Origin: Octopus bimaculoides
Taxonomy: Eukaryota
Length of the DNA: 64,000 nucleotides
Reading direction: 5' to 3'
Assembly: GCF_001194135.2 (NCBI RefSeq)
Contig: NC_068982.1
Coordinates: forward strand, 5,408,296-5,472,295
The position numbers were made by a program, and so were the translations under genes. Shown here one piece after another: positions 1 through 13,856 of the stretch. The notes below the pieces were generated by a model that did not search any database, had not been told where the DNA came from, and saw only the letters and a program-made list of their open reading frames with translations. Within the stretch, counting starts at the first letter, position 1. The number at the start of each line of letters is the position of its first letter.

Positions 1-3000
1 GATTGCACCTAGAAAGTTACCCTCCGAGGCTCAAGTCTGGGCAAGGTTGTTTGTGGAAGGCCAGCAGTTGCCCATGCAATGCCAGCCCCCTCTCTCCACA
101 CCACTGATGTTATCCAAGGGAAAGGCAAAGGGGCCGATACAGCTTGGCACCATTGATGTTGCAATTCATTTCTACAGCTGAGTGAACTGGAGCAACGTGA
201 AATAAAGTGTCTTGCTCAAGAACACAACACGCAGTCATGTCCGGGAATTGAACTCACTAACTCCCAATTGTAAGCTCAATGCTCTAACCACTGAGCCATA
301 CGCCTTCACATATACATACATATATATACTATTAAACCTTTCTTTTGAGATAATGAGGCTGTAACGGAGAAGTGCTTGGAATGAGTCCAAGACAAAGGAT
401 AATTGAAGAAGTAAACTCAGAAATAAAGTTTAGGTCAATCAGCAAAATCCCAAATGGAAAACAGAGATGTAAAGTTTTTAAAATATTTAAAAAAGTACAT
501 ATACATTAATCCATATTAATACAGATCAATACATATCTATATATATAAAAGCATAACATATAAATATATAAATAAAAACATAAATTAAAAGAATGTAAAA
601 ATATGCGAGATATAAATATGGTGAATGCAAATGAAAGAGGACACATTAACAGGAATAGAGATTGAAGATAAAATGATAAACTACTTCTAGAAAACGATAC
701 AACATCATCATCATCATCATCGTTTAACGTCCGCTTTCCATGCTAGCATGGGTTACAGATCAAAGAGCAAAACCTACATTACTAGAACAGATAATTAAGG
801 ATAAAGTCCTGTTATTAGAGGAAGTCCATTCGACAGCCATTACTGGAGTACATTTTCAGTCAGGTAAAACGTTCAAACGGTTAGCTCATCTTTGTATGTA
901 ATGTTCCCTTCATCAGGAAGATGTCCTCCGTAATGAATTACATTGCAAAATGATCCAATACATGCTCTGCAAACAACTTGTACATGCAAGTGCTTCCAGT
1001 CGAGAACTCCGCATACTGGAAGCCAGCAAGTGTATGGGGTCATCAGGAGAGAATGTGCACTATTTCAGGGCCTACCTCTCGACAGCATCAATGCACACTG
1101 GCCCCACTCACTGATATGAGGCCCTGCTTGCTAGATCAACTGGTTATCAAATAAAGCTCAATATTCTTCTAACCATCGTTCATCGTCTCTTTTTAACCAA
1201 ATCCAGTGGCTAGCCTTCTCCACTGTAGTTTGGATATCGGTCACGGTGGTATTTACTTTACAATGGTATTTAGGCTTCTATAAGTTTTATAGGTCCATAT
1301 GTAAATGAGATGAGAATTTACAATGGAGTGGTCCAAATAAAAGTTTATGAGTGCAAATAAATCAAGCTGCTTAACATATTTTCTAACACATGGTCATGGT
1401 TTCAAACCACAATCAAGTGAGTCTATTTTTATAAGTTATTAAAAAAGTAGAAACTAATTTATGATTGCATGAAGGAATGGCATCTGAAAACTTGTTAATA
1501 CATTTGAGTTATACAGTTTAAGGATCAAATATGATGTACACCTGTTAGAATTTGCCCCATAAGAAGGGGCCTCGGCAATTATGGACCGTCAGAAGTTGTA
1601 GTTCAATATATATATATACATACATACATATATATGTGATAGGTTTCTTTCAGTTTCTGTCTACCAAATCCATTCACAAGGCTTTGCTTGGCCCAAGGCT
1701 ATGGTAGAAGTCACTTGCCCAAGGTGCCATGCAGTGGGACTGAACCAGGACCATGTGGTTGGGAAGCAAGCTTCTTACCACACAGCCAGTCCAGTGCCTA
1801 TTGTTGATCACATCAACTCCAGCATTCAACTGGTTCTTATTTTATAGCCCCTGAAAGGATGAAAGGCAAATTCAACCTCAGTGGGATTTGAACTCACAAC
1901 ATAAAAACGGATCAAATGCTGCCAAGCATTTAAATTAGCGTGCTAACAGTTCTGCTAGCTCGCTGCCTTTATGAAAGTTTTAATAATACTAAAAGTTTTA
2001 GAAACAAATATTTAAGTATATATTTTGTTTCCATGAGAACCTGGAACCCTGTGGTTGGGAAGCAAGCTTCTGACCAGACAGTCAGGCCTGCGCCTATGCC
2101 AGTGACGTATTCTACATTCCCAACATCTTGTGTGCTTCATTGAACACAAGATCAAAATTTGATCGTGTGCTCAAAAGAAATTAACTTAGGTAGGCTAAAG
2201 AAAAAGTTAAACATATTTTCCTTCTACTTTGAATACTAGTTACCTGAAATGACTCCTACTCAACACAAGCCAACACACACACATATAAAACTGGCACTGT
2301 CGGTTATGATGACGAGGGTTCCAGTTGATCCAATCAATGGAACAGCCTGCTTAGGAAATTAATGTACAAGTGGCTGAGTGCTCCACAGTCATGCGTATCC
2401 CTTAACTTATTTCTCAAGGGATTCAGCATGACACAGAATGTGACATGGCTGGCCTACTGAATTACAGGTACAACTCACTAAAGCCAGGTGAGTAAACTGG
2501 CACAGCGTGACACAAAGTGTCTTGCTCAAAGACAAAATGAACTCTAGAGAATCAAGCTCATGACCTTACAACCATGAGCAGAATACCCTAACCACCAAGC
2601 CATGCACCTTCACCAAACACACACTCAATGAATAGCATCAACTTTGGTTATAAAATGGCCAAATCAAAATGTTTGATGATTTAGACATATATAAATAAGT
2701 CTTTGAATAGGAAAGAAGCCAAGTCTTTGGTAGGCATTATGACCCTAGGGCTTCAGATAAACGCCTGTTAGATTAATAATCGGCAGTGTACTTTCATATA
2801 TAAATATATATGTGTGTATATATGTATGTATATATTGCCTTTAGGAGATTGCTGATGAAAATAGAAATGTAAAATATGGATCTTGGAGACATGGACAGTG
2901 CAGTAAAGATGTTAGGTGTGTAAATACAGCTCAAAGTCAGATATTTGGCAGGCAGTTTGGACAAATTAAAAGAAAAAAAGGGAGAAAGAAATTCTTCTTT

Positions 3001-3182
3001 TCTTACTTTCTTAATTACAACACGTGTGTACTTTTAAGTGAGATTGGCCGATTCTATACACATGCGTGAATGTGTGCACATGTATATATATGTATTCAAA
3101 TACGAATGCATTTATTTTGTAGATAATTTTGTTACTATCTGTAATAATTGAACTGTGTGTCAATCTACCATATATGGACAGG

Positions 3183-3230
<48 letters not shown>

Positions 3231-3328
3231 TAATTATGCAATTATGAGACTGAGTTCAATTCAGTTGTGTAGCACCGGGGATGAGTGCCTTCTACTATAA
3301 AATTATATATATATATATATATATATAT

Positions 3329-3680
3329 NNNNNNNNNNNNNNNNNNNNNNNNNNNNNNNNNNNNNNNNNNNNNNNNNNNNNNNNNNNNNNNNNNNNNNNN
3401 NNNNNNNNNNNNNNNNNNNNNNNNNNNNNNNNNNNNNNNNNNNNNNNNNNNNNNNNNNNNNNNNNNNNNNNNNNNNNNNNNNNNNNNNNNNNNNNNNNNN
3501 NNNNNNNNNNNNNNNNNNNNNNNNNNNNNNNNNNNNNNNNNNNNNNNNNNNNNNNNNNNNNNNNNNNNNNNNNNNNNNNNNNNNNNNNNNNNNNNNNNNN
3601 NNNNNNNNNNNNNNNNNNNNNNNNNNNNNNNNNNNNNNNNNNNNNNNNNNNNNNNNNNNNNNNNNNNNNNNNNNNNNNNN
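3329..3680. other. Assembly gap (first of ten)
   Basis: Other N-runs at approximately 8773-8816, 13631-13805, 22401-23190, 23917-24286, 40292-40447, 41331-41340, 45562-45689, 46861-47008 and 50551-50700. Most abut (TA)n. Confidence 0.97.
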
Positions 3681-4180
3681 ATATAATAGTTGCAGGAGTG
3701 GCTGTGTAGTAAGTAGCTTGCTTACCAACCACACGGTTGCTGGTTCAGTCCCACTGCATGGCAGCTTGGCCAAGTGTGTTCTACTATAGCCTCTGGCCAA
3801 CTAAAGCTTTGTGAGTGGATTCGGTAGGCAGAAACTGAAAGAAGCCTGTTGTGTGTGTATATATATGTGTGTGTGTGTATGTGTGTGTGTGTGTGTGTGC
3901 ATGCGTGTGTGTGGGTGGGAGTGTTTGACCCCCCCCACCATCACTTGACAACCAACATTGGTGTGTTTACATCCCCATAACTTAGCAGTTTGGCAAAAGA
4001 GATCGATAGAATAAGTACTAAGCTTACAAAGAATAAGTCCTGGGGTTGATTTGATTGGCTGAAGGTGGTGCTCCAGCATGGCCACAATCAAATGACTAAC
4101 AAATAAAAGTAAAGAATACTGTAGCATTAAAAACTATATATACATACACACACACGCACACACATATATATATATATATT

Positions 4181-4471
4181 AAAATTAACAGAATGAGATA
4201 AAAATCCAAGGCTGTGAAAGATTTCAGAACATTTATAAATATAATGGAACTGCAGATACAATATCCATGCATATCTCATGTCTGTTTTCATTCCTCCACT
4301 TCACTCTTTATTTCATATCTTCTCTCGAGTAACTATTGCTTAACCATTTTCTCACACCGTCTCTGATGAAGGGATATATTGAATATTTTGGAAACAGCTG
4401 TAAGACCTTCTCTTTATAAATGTTCTGAAATCCTTCACAGCCTTGGGTTTTTACCTCATTCTGTTAATTTT
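4181..4471. repeat. Inverted repeat with ~60-bp arms enclosing a hammerhead motif (Penelope-like terminal relic)
   Basis: AATTAACAGAATGAG...CAGAACATTTATAAA is the reverse complement of TTTATAAATGTTCTG...CTCATTCTGTTAATT. Confidence 0.8.
4359..4406 (+). ncRNA. Minimal hammerhead motif with a degenerate helix II, in the loop of an inverted repeat
   Basis: GTCT-CTGATGA-A-gggatatattgaatattttg-GAAA-CAGCT-GTA|AGAC. Same ACAGCTGT family as 25575-25623. Confidence 0.5.
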
Positions 4472-4575
4472 TTTATATATACACATGCTGATACATGACC
4501 TACGTTGGACTCATCATTCGCATAATCACTGAGTGTGGAGCTTAATTATAGTCTGTTCATAGCACTTACTCAATA

Positions 4576-5680
4576 TTACCTGACACCTTTGCGCATTATC
4601 AATTCCTCTCTTGTACTCTCCATCATCACATCAACCACTATTGCAAACAGCAATGGTGATAACACAGATCCCTGATGCACACCAACTTTCACCACAAACT
4701 CCTCCGACAGCTCCGATCCAATTCTAACCCTTATCATTGGCCCCTCATATAGTGAAGGCAACTTCGTCACTGCCCTCACTATTACCCCTATTACACCTCT
4801 CTTCCTCAATGCCCATTCAATCACCTTCCTTGGAACCCTATCAAATGCCTTCTCCAGATCAACGAAGCACATGTACAATTCCTTCTCCTTATCTTGGTAT
4901 TCCTCTTGCAATCTCCTTACAATGAACACTGCATCTATTGTCCCCCTTCCTGGTATAAAACCAAATTGCATCTCATCCACCCCTTTTTGAATTCTCCTCT
5001 CCAATACCCTTTCCACTATCTTCATTGCATGCTCCAATAACTTCACTCCCTTATACGCCCTACAACTCATTACATTCCCCTTCCCCTTGAAATTCGGTAC
5101 CACCCCACTTAGTGCCCAATCATCTGGCATTCCCCTTCCATCCAGTACACCCTGGCAAATCTCCATCATCACAACAATCCCTATCTCTCCATTTGCAGTT
5201 ATCATTTCCACACTTACTTCTGATGGACCAGCTGCCTTTCCTGTTTTCATTTCCTTCATTGCCTCCACTACTTCTTCCTGACTAACCCTCTCCACTGGCC
5301 CCTACACCACAGCAACTTCCATACTCTGATCCTATTCATTCACCTCGTTCATAATTCCTTCCATATGCTCCTTCCAAACTCTTTCCCTGTCCTTCTCGCT
5401 AAAATTCAACCTTCCATCACTCTCCCTCAACATCTCTTCCATCTTTTTGCATTAATAAACCTAAACACTCTGTCTGGGTTCTCATCCAGCCCACTCAACC
5501 TCTCCTCAGCCTCCTTCCTCACAGATCTCGCAGCCACCCTCTTTGCACGATTCTTCACATTATTATACCTGGCTTTCATTTGCTCAGTCCTATTATTACA
5601 TAAAGCTTTGTGCGCCTCCGTCTTCCTCACTATCGCATCCCTCACCTCCTCATTCCAACACCACATATCTCTGATCCTTC
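4576..5680 (-). mobile_element. Truncated RTE-type LINE fragment (reverse transcriptase)
   Basis: The 239-aa ORF has KGVKLLEHAMK, QFGFIPGRGT.DA, CFVDLEKAFDRVP and VGVHQGSVLSPLLF. It breaks off before YADD and starts at a (CA)n tract. Confidence 0.9.
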
Positions 5681-8600
5681 CACACACACACACACACACA
5701 CACACATAGTAATCCCACAACTATCGCGGATCTTACGTTCCCAAACCTCCAACGATAGGTGAAAATCCACAAAGTAGAAACAGTACTGTTTGTATTTTCT
5801 TTTTTATTTTTATAATTTGTATATATTTATTTTATCATAAATGCAAAACGACACCACAGAGGAATCGACCTAAGCTTAAATAATAAACCACAATAGGTGA
5901 ACCGTGATATGGCGAAGGATTACTGTAGTTGCAAAACAAAAGCAGTAACATGAAAGAGTGCAAAGGACTATTTAAGTTGTTACAATATGAACACGATTCT
6001 CTTTCCTCCACTGATGAAACTTGAGTTGCAACGAAAACATATTTTATGGCTGGGGTAAACTTTATTTATTTCAATATTATAAATTTTCTGTTGCATTTAG
6101 TGTCTATATGTCCTACCATGTAAATTAAATTGCATTATTTAAACTCTGCTTTAGGATATACAGTGTGGTGTTTCTTATGTGTTAAGCTGACAACCTAATG
6201 ATTTATAAGAATGGCCTTTTGTTATGTTCTGTCTGTTCACAGAGATGCCATGTAAACTGTTTGGTAAGAGTTGTCTGCTTTCTATATAGTCTTAGAGTTC
6301 AGTATAATCTACCTCTTTGTCATGGATTATAGAGTTTTGAAATTAAAAATGTCACTCCTGAAAAAGTCTCTCAACTTCTGGATTTCAACTTGTATGACTA
6401 TTTAATTTAGTTTGGTATAGTGAAGAATTAATACTTTGTAAATAAATGAAGTCAATAGACTTAGATTATGGTGACAAAAGTAAGCATTATTTAGGAAAAA
6501 ATTTATAAATGTAGGTAAAGAAAAGACTAAAATATTGTTTAAAAACTGCATAAAAATAAAATAATGAACAAAACTGAAAAATAATGGAATAGGTTTAAGA
6601 AATTGAATTTTAGTTAAAACACACACACACAATGGGCTTCTTTCTGTGAACCAAATATACTCACAAGGCTTTCATTGGCATAGGGTTATGAAAGAAGACA
6701 CTTGCCTAAGGTGCCATGCAGTGGGACTGAACCTGGAACCATGTGGTTGGGAAGCAAGCTTCTTACCACACAGCCACGCCGGCACCTAGTGCTCAGCTGA
6801 TACTTATTTTATCAACTCGAAAAGCATGGAAGGCAAAGCTAACTTCGGCAGAATTTGAACTCAGAATGTAAAGATGGACGAAATGCCACTCTGCCTTTTC
6901 TCTGACACGGTAACGATCCTGCCAGGTCGAATGATTGAAAATATCGAAAAGGATTTTTGATTGCTTAGACTTTGAAATGTTCATTAAAAAAAAATGCTTA
7001 AAAATTTCTTTGAAAATCTATAAAGATAAATTTTACAAGTATTAAAATGTCTTATTAAAGCATCTAATTAATTTCTTTAACGAAATAAATTAAAGTATTT
7101 GTAATTCTAAATATAGATTTTAGTCCTTCTTTATGTCTGTCCGCCATTCAACTAATAATTTCAAGAATGGCTTTTTATTTTGTTTGTAACTCACTTTTTA
7201 AAAATATCAGAAAATTATTCCCTTCATCTTCTGTAAAAATCCATTTCTATAAACACTAGCTCCTGTAACAAATTCTTTCTATATTTTTCTTTCAGACTTA
7301 CATGAACCATCCTGCCAGTTTAGTTGCTAATGACCTGAACGTTACAAGGATGTACTAGTTTGTTTACCAGGAAATGGTCTCTGGTTATCAGAAATATGAC
7401 CTGATATAATTGATCTACAATTATCCTACGTAAATCACAGATAAGCTTATTATTTTATCTTAATTTCAATTACGAAAACTGATAAACTTTGTCAAAACAA
7501 CAGTTTGTAGTTACCAGCTTTTTAATAAATAAACTACAAAACCTGAACACATTTACCTCCATTCTCTTTTTTTTCTCTCTCTCGCAAACTTAAAGCTGTG
7601 TCTGTCCATTCTGTCCATTACTTTTTTGCTTTACCTTCATAAAACTCATTGGAATTTGAATATCACAAACACGTTAATGTGCCAGGAAAGATGCTTCATG
7701 GCATTTTGTTCATCCTTACGTTCTGATCTCAAATACTGCCAAAGTCAACTTTACTTTTCATTCTTTCTGGGTCATTAAAATAGGTACCAGTCATGTACTG
7801 GGTTGATGTAATTGACTTATTCATCATCATCGTCGTTTAACGTCCGCTTTCCATGCTGGCATGGGTTGGACGATTTGACTGAGGACTGGTGAAACCAGAT
7901 GGCTACACCAGGCTCCAATCTAATCTAGCAAAGTTTCTACAGCTGGATGCCCTTCCTAACACCAACCAATCAGAGAGTGTAGTGGGTGCTTTTACGTGCC
8001 ACTGGCACGAGGGCCAGTCAGGTGGTACTGGCAACGGCCACGCTCAAAATGGTGTATTTTATGTGCCACTGCCAAGGGAGCCAGTCCAGGGGCACTGGCA
8101 CAATCTTGCTTGAATGTCTTTACACATGCCACCGGCACAAGTGCCAAGAAGGTGACGCTGGGCACAGGTGCCATCACCCTTCTTTGAAATTGCTGGCCTT
8201 GTGTCAAAATTTGAAATCAATATTACAGACATGAAAGAACATCTTGGCAATTACTCTTTTTCTCTCAGCATTCCTACAATAACCTTAAATGTGAAAACCT
8301 TAATAGGAATTTAAAGACCTTGCCTCTAGGAATTTTCCATTTCTAAATTATAGATTCAACAAATAACACCCTAATTTTCCAATCATTTAATAATACTGTA
8401 TGGCTGAAACAAGCAATTGTAATTCTCAGTGATTTAACATCCTCTACTTTAATAGAGACAAACGAGTTAATTAACCTTTTCAATACATTATAAGTTATAG
8501 CTGCTTGAATTATAATTGAGTTTCATGCTAATTATTATTCAAGTGATTAAAACAGTAAAGCAACATCACAAGATATACCATGAGCAAAAATGTTTACAAA

Positions 8601-10153
8601 CACATTGAAATACGATTTGCCAACAGTGCATCAAGATTGGATTGGCTGCCAAAAACCTAAGATAAGGAACCCACACATTTGATTGTCATGAGGAGAGTAT
8701 ATGACATTTTCATCTCTTCACAAGCAAACCTTGTTTTCGTTTTCAGTACCCCACACACACACATACATATATNNNNNNNNNNNNNNNNNNNNNNNNNNNN
8801 NNNNNNNNNNNNNNNNATTATATTAAATATATATTATATATTTATTTATTGTAAGCAAGAAAAATGATCAATAAAGTTTTGAAGTTGAATGTTTTTTTTT
8901 TTACGGATATGTACTTGCATAGCAAGTAACCTGATCTGAGATCATGTGCTGAAACAAAAACAATTGCAGCGTGGAAGGTGTTTATAAGCCATTTAGGAAA
9001 CACACTAAAACTGTTAGATTCACTTCAACATTTAAATCTAATTTGTCAAAATATTTTCATTGCTTTGAAACCATGGAGCCAGTCAGGGGGCACTGGCATC
9101 GACCACGTTCGGATGGTGCATTTTATGTGCCACCAGCACAGGGAGCCAATCAGAGGGCACTGGCATTGGCTACATTTGGATGCCCTTCCTAACGCCAACC
9201 ACTTCAAGAGTGTAGTGGGTGTTTTTATGTGCCACAGGTATGGGAGCCAGTCAGGGGGCACTGACATCGATCACGAGAAGGAAAAACAAATGCCTGGGCA
9301 CAGGTGAAGCAGTTTGTTTAAAAATCCTGTGGTTCCAGGCTCAGTACTCCTGTACACAACAGCTTAGCCTTGGACCAACTTAAGCACTATGGAATCAGTC
9401 AAAGAGCTTACTTTCATCGGAATGACTTCTGTTGAAAACAATAACTTGAATATAACTGATTTTGATTGGAGGACTAAGATTCGCCCACTCTCCATATGGC
9501 ATCTATCCCAGTTTGACTGAAAATCATTTCAGGTGCATGAAGCCAGCAGCTTGCAGATTGCGTTTTAATGATTATCATGAAATCAACCAAATATGAAACG
9601 TTTACCAGTTTTGAAAGTAAGGTCCTCAACTAAGGTGCCCCATAAAATACAAGATAGAAGGTAACTCAATATTTTCAGCTGAGCTAAAAGTTCTTTGCAC
9701 ACAAAATGAAAAAGGTAGTGTTGTCAGTAGACTGTGGCCATGCAGGGGCACTGCCTTGAAGAATTCTTAGTCGAATGAATTGACTCCAGCACTTAGTTTT
9801 TTTTAAGCCTGGTACTTATTATATCAATCTGTTTTACTGAACTGCTAAGTTAAGGGGCATATAAACACACCAATATCAATTGTCAAGTGGTGGTTGGGGA
9901 CAGAGAGAGGTGCACACACACACACACACACACACATACAATGGGTTTCTTTCAGCTTCTGTCTACCAAATCCACTCACAAGTCTTTGGTTGGCCTATGA
10001 CTATAGTAGAAGACACTCACCAAAAATATCACTCAGTGGGACAGAACTCAGAGCAATGTGGTTGGGAAGCAAGCTTCTTACCACACAGCCACACCTGGGC
10101 CTAATTTGCTAGTAAAAAGGACATTAAAAAACAAGAAAATCAAGTGTACTTAC

Positions 10154-10214
10154 TTTTGACGAAATATCGTCAATCTATGATTGATACTATTGAACAGGGA
10201 ACCTAGTAATCCAC
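10154..10214 (-). CDS. CLCN7: CLCN7 exon, (G)GLLGSLFNSINHRLTIFRQ(K) (61 nt, phase 1-2); last exon found in the window
   Basis: Acceptor atttgcag| and donor AA|GTAAGT. Matches human [21 protein letters not shown]. Confidence 0.94.
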
Positions 10215-11307
10215 CTGCAAATGGGAGAAAAGAAAAATAGGGGACATTTTATTTCAACATTATCAAACAGTGATTTTGAAGTTTCAGTTTTTAAAGTCAG
10301 GTATCCTCTCAAACATTAGTAATTTTCAGCGATGAGGATTAGTTAAGCCAATGAGGGAGTCCCCGTGTGGATGAAATAGCAATCAAATCTCACTTAAATC
10401 ATACAAAATTATTTTTGAAAATGATGGTCACATTGTACAATGTAGTATTGGATCATCATCATTTAATGTCAATTTTCCATGTTGGCTTGAGTTTGACAGG
10501 AGTTGGCAAACCAGAGTGCTGCATTAGCCTCTAATTGTCTATTTTGGCAAGGTTTCTATGGCTGGATGTCCTTCCTAACACCAGCCATCTTACAGTACTC
10601 TGGGTGCTTTTAATGTGGCACCAGCACAGTTGTTACTTATGTGACACTATACTGCTAATATTTCTAAGAAACCCATTGTAACAAATGTTGTTGTACAACA
10701 AATATTGTATAAAATTTTAATGTATGAACAGAATGACTGATGCTAATCGTCATCATTGTCGTTTAACATCCGCCTTCCATGCTGGCATGGGTTAGACGAT
10801 TTGACTGAGGACTGGCAAGCCAGAAGGCTGCACCAGGTTCCAATCTGATTTGGCAAGGTTTCTACAGCTAGATGCCCTTCCTAACAGCAACCACTCCAAG
10901 TGTATAGTGGGGGCTTTTTACATGCCACCAGCACGGGAGCCAGTCAGGTGGCACTGGTATCGGCCACGCTCAAATGCCAGAGGTTGGCTAATGTGTGAGA
11001 TTAATTTCCAGGTGACTAAGTATTCAAATCACATTTCCACTATATACACTGTTCTGATTTTAAGTAAAGCATGTACCTACTTTAATATATTTGCACGAAA
11101 ATCAAGTTTCACTTTCACTTTATAATTAAGAATTCAGCAGTAGGAATAATGGTGTACAGCTGTAAAAATAATTGTGCCAACAATATGCAACAATGAAAAT
11201 TTTTAGAAACTATGCCAACTAGACAAGTAAGGAAAAAATAAAATATATAAATAGGCCTTCAAAAACCAACCCAAAGCAAAATATTAATTTTGAAGTATTC
11301 AATTTAA

Positions 11308-11528
11308 CCCTTTCAATACCAACCCACCTGAAACCAGCTCTGGCTCTGTAGTACAAATGTCTTGTTTTCATAAGTTTTGAATTAAAATCTTCCACCAAAC
11401 CTTAGTCACAATTTATGTTCCTAACACTAGCTTAATGATAACTAAGTTATTTTACTAAATTCTTTGTTATATTTAAAGTAATTGAAAGAAACACAGAGCA
11501 TCTCAAAATAAATACAGTAATGAAAGGG
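11308..11528. mobile_element. TTAA-flanked (piggyBac-like) MITE; reverse copy at 29300-29515
   Basis: TTAA|CCCTTTC...GAAAGGG|TTAA. Confidence 0.8.
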
Positions 11529-11667
11529 TTAAATATTGCACTAAATAAAGCAGGTTCATAATCATATGTAATAAAATATTAAGCACGTGTTTTATTACAT
11601 TAACTCTGAGTTTTTTCTGAATTAAGTTAAATCTTAGACTTCTGTAATACAAAATAACTACAGCTTA

Positions 11668-11703
<36 letters not shown>

Positions 11704-11749
11704 CATTAATAATGCATAAAGAAATGAAAACGGATGCAGCTTGTATTAA

Positions 11750-11994
11750 CCCATTTGTGCCGAAATTTTTCTAGAGAATGAAATTGCCTGAAAATTCAAA
11801 GATACTACTGTTTTGACCTAAATAGCAACTGTAAAAAATTTAATTGAAATCCGTTAGATACAGACTTTATACACATTAAGAACATGTTTCACTCTTTGAT
11901 ACAGATCATACACAAATCACAATTTGTATCAAGTATTTGTTTTATACCCTTGTAAATTAAGGGTCAGTTTAAACAGACAATTAGCATAAATGGG
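11750..11994. mobile_element. TTAA-flanked MITE, second family
   Basis: TTAA|CCCATTTGTGC...GCATAAATGGG|TTAA. Confidence 0.7.
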
Positions 11995-12385
11995 TTAAGA
12001 AGTTATGAGCGTATATATTATATGAGCTGGTAGAATCATTAGCTTAACGGTATTTCATTAGTCTTCACATTCAAATTCCACCAAAGTCAATTTTGTCTTT
12101 CATACTTTTGGGGATTGATGAAATAAGTACCAGCTGAATACTAAGGTCGAAATTGCTGGCTTTGTGCCAAAATTTGAAATCAATATATGTGAATTTAATA
12201 AAATGCATTTTATTGTAAAACATAACAGTTGATCTTCAGGTCAAACAGTAACTTTTGTTTTCAGAGATGAGGAACTATGTACATTATTTACATTTGACAG
12301 ATATTTGTCCTCATCTTGTTTGTTGTTAACACAATGTTTCAGCTGATATACCCTCTAGCCTTCAATCAGGTGTCTTGGGGGAAGG

Positions 12386-12652
12386 GTCCACAAGGTTCAG
12401 TCCTCAGCCCCCTCCTATTTATCATAGTCCTCCAGGCAATAACAGAGGAATTCAAGACAGGATGCCCCTGGGAGCTCCTCTATGCTGATGACCTTGCTCT
12501 AATTGCTGAGTCACTGCTAGAACTGGAGACAAAGTTTAGGGTATGGAAGCAAGGTCTAGAATCGAAGGGCCTTAGAGTCAACCTAGCTAAAACCAAAGTC
12601 CTAATAAGTAGGAAGGTAGACAAACCACAAACCCCTTCAGGTAGATGGCCCA
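12386..12652 (+). mobile_element. RTE reverse-transcriptase fragment embedded between inverted arms of the hammerhead element
   Basis: QGSVLSPLLFIIVLQAITEEFKTGCPWELLYADDLALIAES...GLRVNLAKTK. Confidence 0.85.
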
Positions 12653-12744
12653 TTATGTTAACAACAAACAAGATGAGGATAAATATCCGTCAAATGTAAA
12701 TAACTTATCTATAATGAATTAATCTAGATAATGAATATACTCAC

Positions 12745-12799
12745 CAACTACTCCCATCAATATAAAAATTACTAATTCCTGGCCAGAGTAATAATTAAA
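12745..12799 (-). CDS. CLCN7: CLCN7 exon, FNYYSGQELVIFILMGVV(G) (55 nt, phase 0-1)
   Basis: Acceptor tttttgcag| and donor G|GTGAGT. Matches human EIPVFIAMGVVG. Confidence 0.93.
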
Positions 12800-13589
12800 C
12801 TGCAAAAAAAGAAAAAGAAAAAAAAAAAGAAAAACACAGAAGGGTTAATAAATTGCATGTAAGCATGGATGTGTAGTAGAGAAGTTTGTCTGACAACCAT
12901 ATCGGTCTAGGTTCAATCCAAATGCACAGCAGCTCAGGTAAGTGTCTTCTGCCGCTGTTCTGGATTGTCCAATACTTTGCAAATGTAATTTGGCAGAAAC
13001 TGTATTAAAGTTTGTGTGCATGTATGTGTGTGTGTATGCGCATGTGTGTGGATGGATAGATAAATTCATGGCTAAGTGGTGAGGTTGTTTGGCTGATAAC
13101 TGTAAGGTCATGAGTTCGATTCCCGGCAATGCGCTGTGTCCTTGAGCAAGACACTTCATTTCGCATTGCTCCAGTTCACTCAGCTGGCAAAAGTGAGTAG
13201 TACCTGTAATTCAATGGGCCAGTTTTGTCACATTCAGTGTCATGCTGAATCTCCCCTGAGAACTACGTTAAGGATACACATGTCTGTGGAGTACTCAGCC
13301 ACTTGCACGCTAATTTCACAAGCAGGATGACCCTTTGATTGATCAAATCAAGTGGAACCTGTATCGTAACTGATGGAGTCCCAGTCACATAATGCAAAAA
13401 GAACCAAAATGTAATGATGAGGAATCAATTCAGATTCTTAATCATGCACACACACACGCATACACCATCATCATCATTTAGCACCTGCTCTCCAAGCTAG
13501 CATGGGTTAGACAGTCTGACTAGAACTGATAATCTGGAGAGCTGCAACCAGGTTCCAGTCCGATATATCAGACTGGGTAGGTCTAATGT

Positions 13590-13630
<41 letters not shown>

Positions 13631-13805
13631 NNNNNNNNNNNNNNNNNNNNNNNNNNNNNNNNNNNNNNNNNNNNNNNNNNNNNNNNNNNNNNNNNNNNNN
13701 NNNNNNNNNNNNNNNNNNNNNNNNNNNNNNNNNNNNNNNNNNNNNNNNNNNNNNNNNNNNNNNNNNNNNNNNNNNNNNNNNNNNNNNNNNNNNNNNNNNN
13801 NNNNN

Positions 13806-13837
<32 letters not shown>

Positions 13838-13856
13838 GCATAGATATATAATTCTA

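Noticed and set aside
4576-5295. Functional reverse transcriptase gene (retron or DGR-like)
   Set aside because: Truncated non-LTR RT lacking the YADD region and endonuclease; an ordinary LINE relic.
6011-6045. CTGATGA...GAAA hammerhead-like core
   Set aside because: No convincing helix I or III pairing and no NUH site.
6243-6263. Plus-strand 21-nt exon-like segment (cacag|...|GTAAGA)
   Set aside because: Isolated, antisense to CLCN7, with no connecting exons; such sites are common in AT-rich DNA.
7296-7415. Candidate next CLCN7 exon (GTAAGT donor nearby)
   Set aside because: All three minus-strand frames contain stops and none resembles the expected ClC-7 segment.
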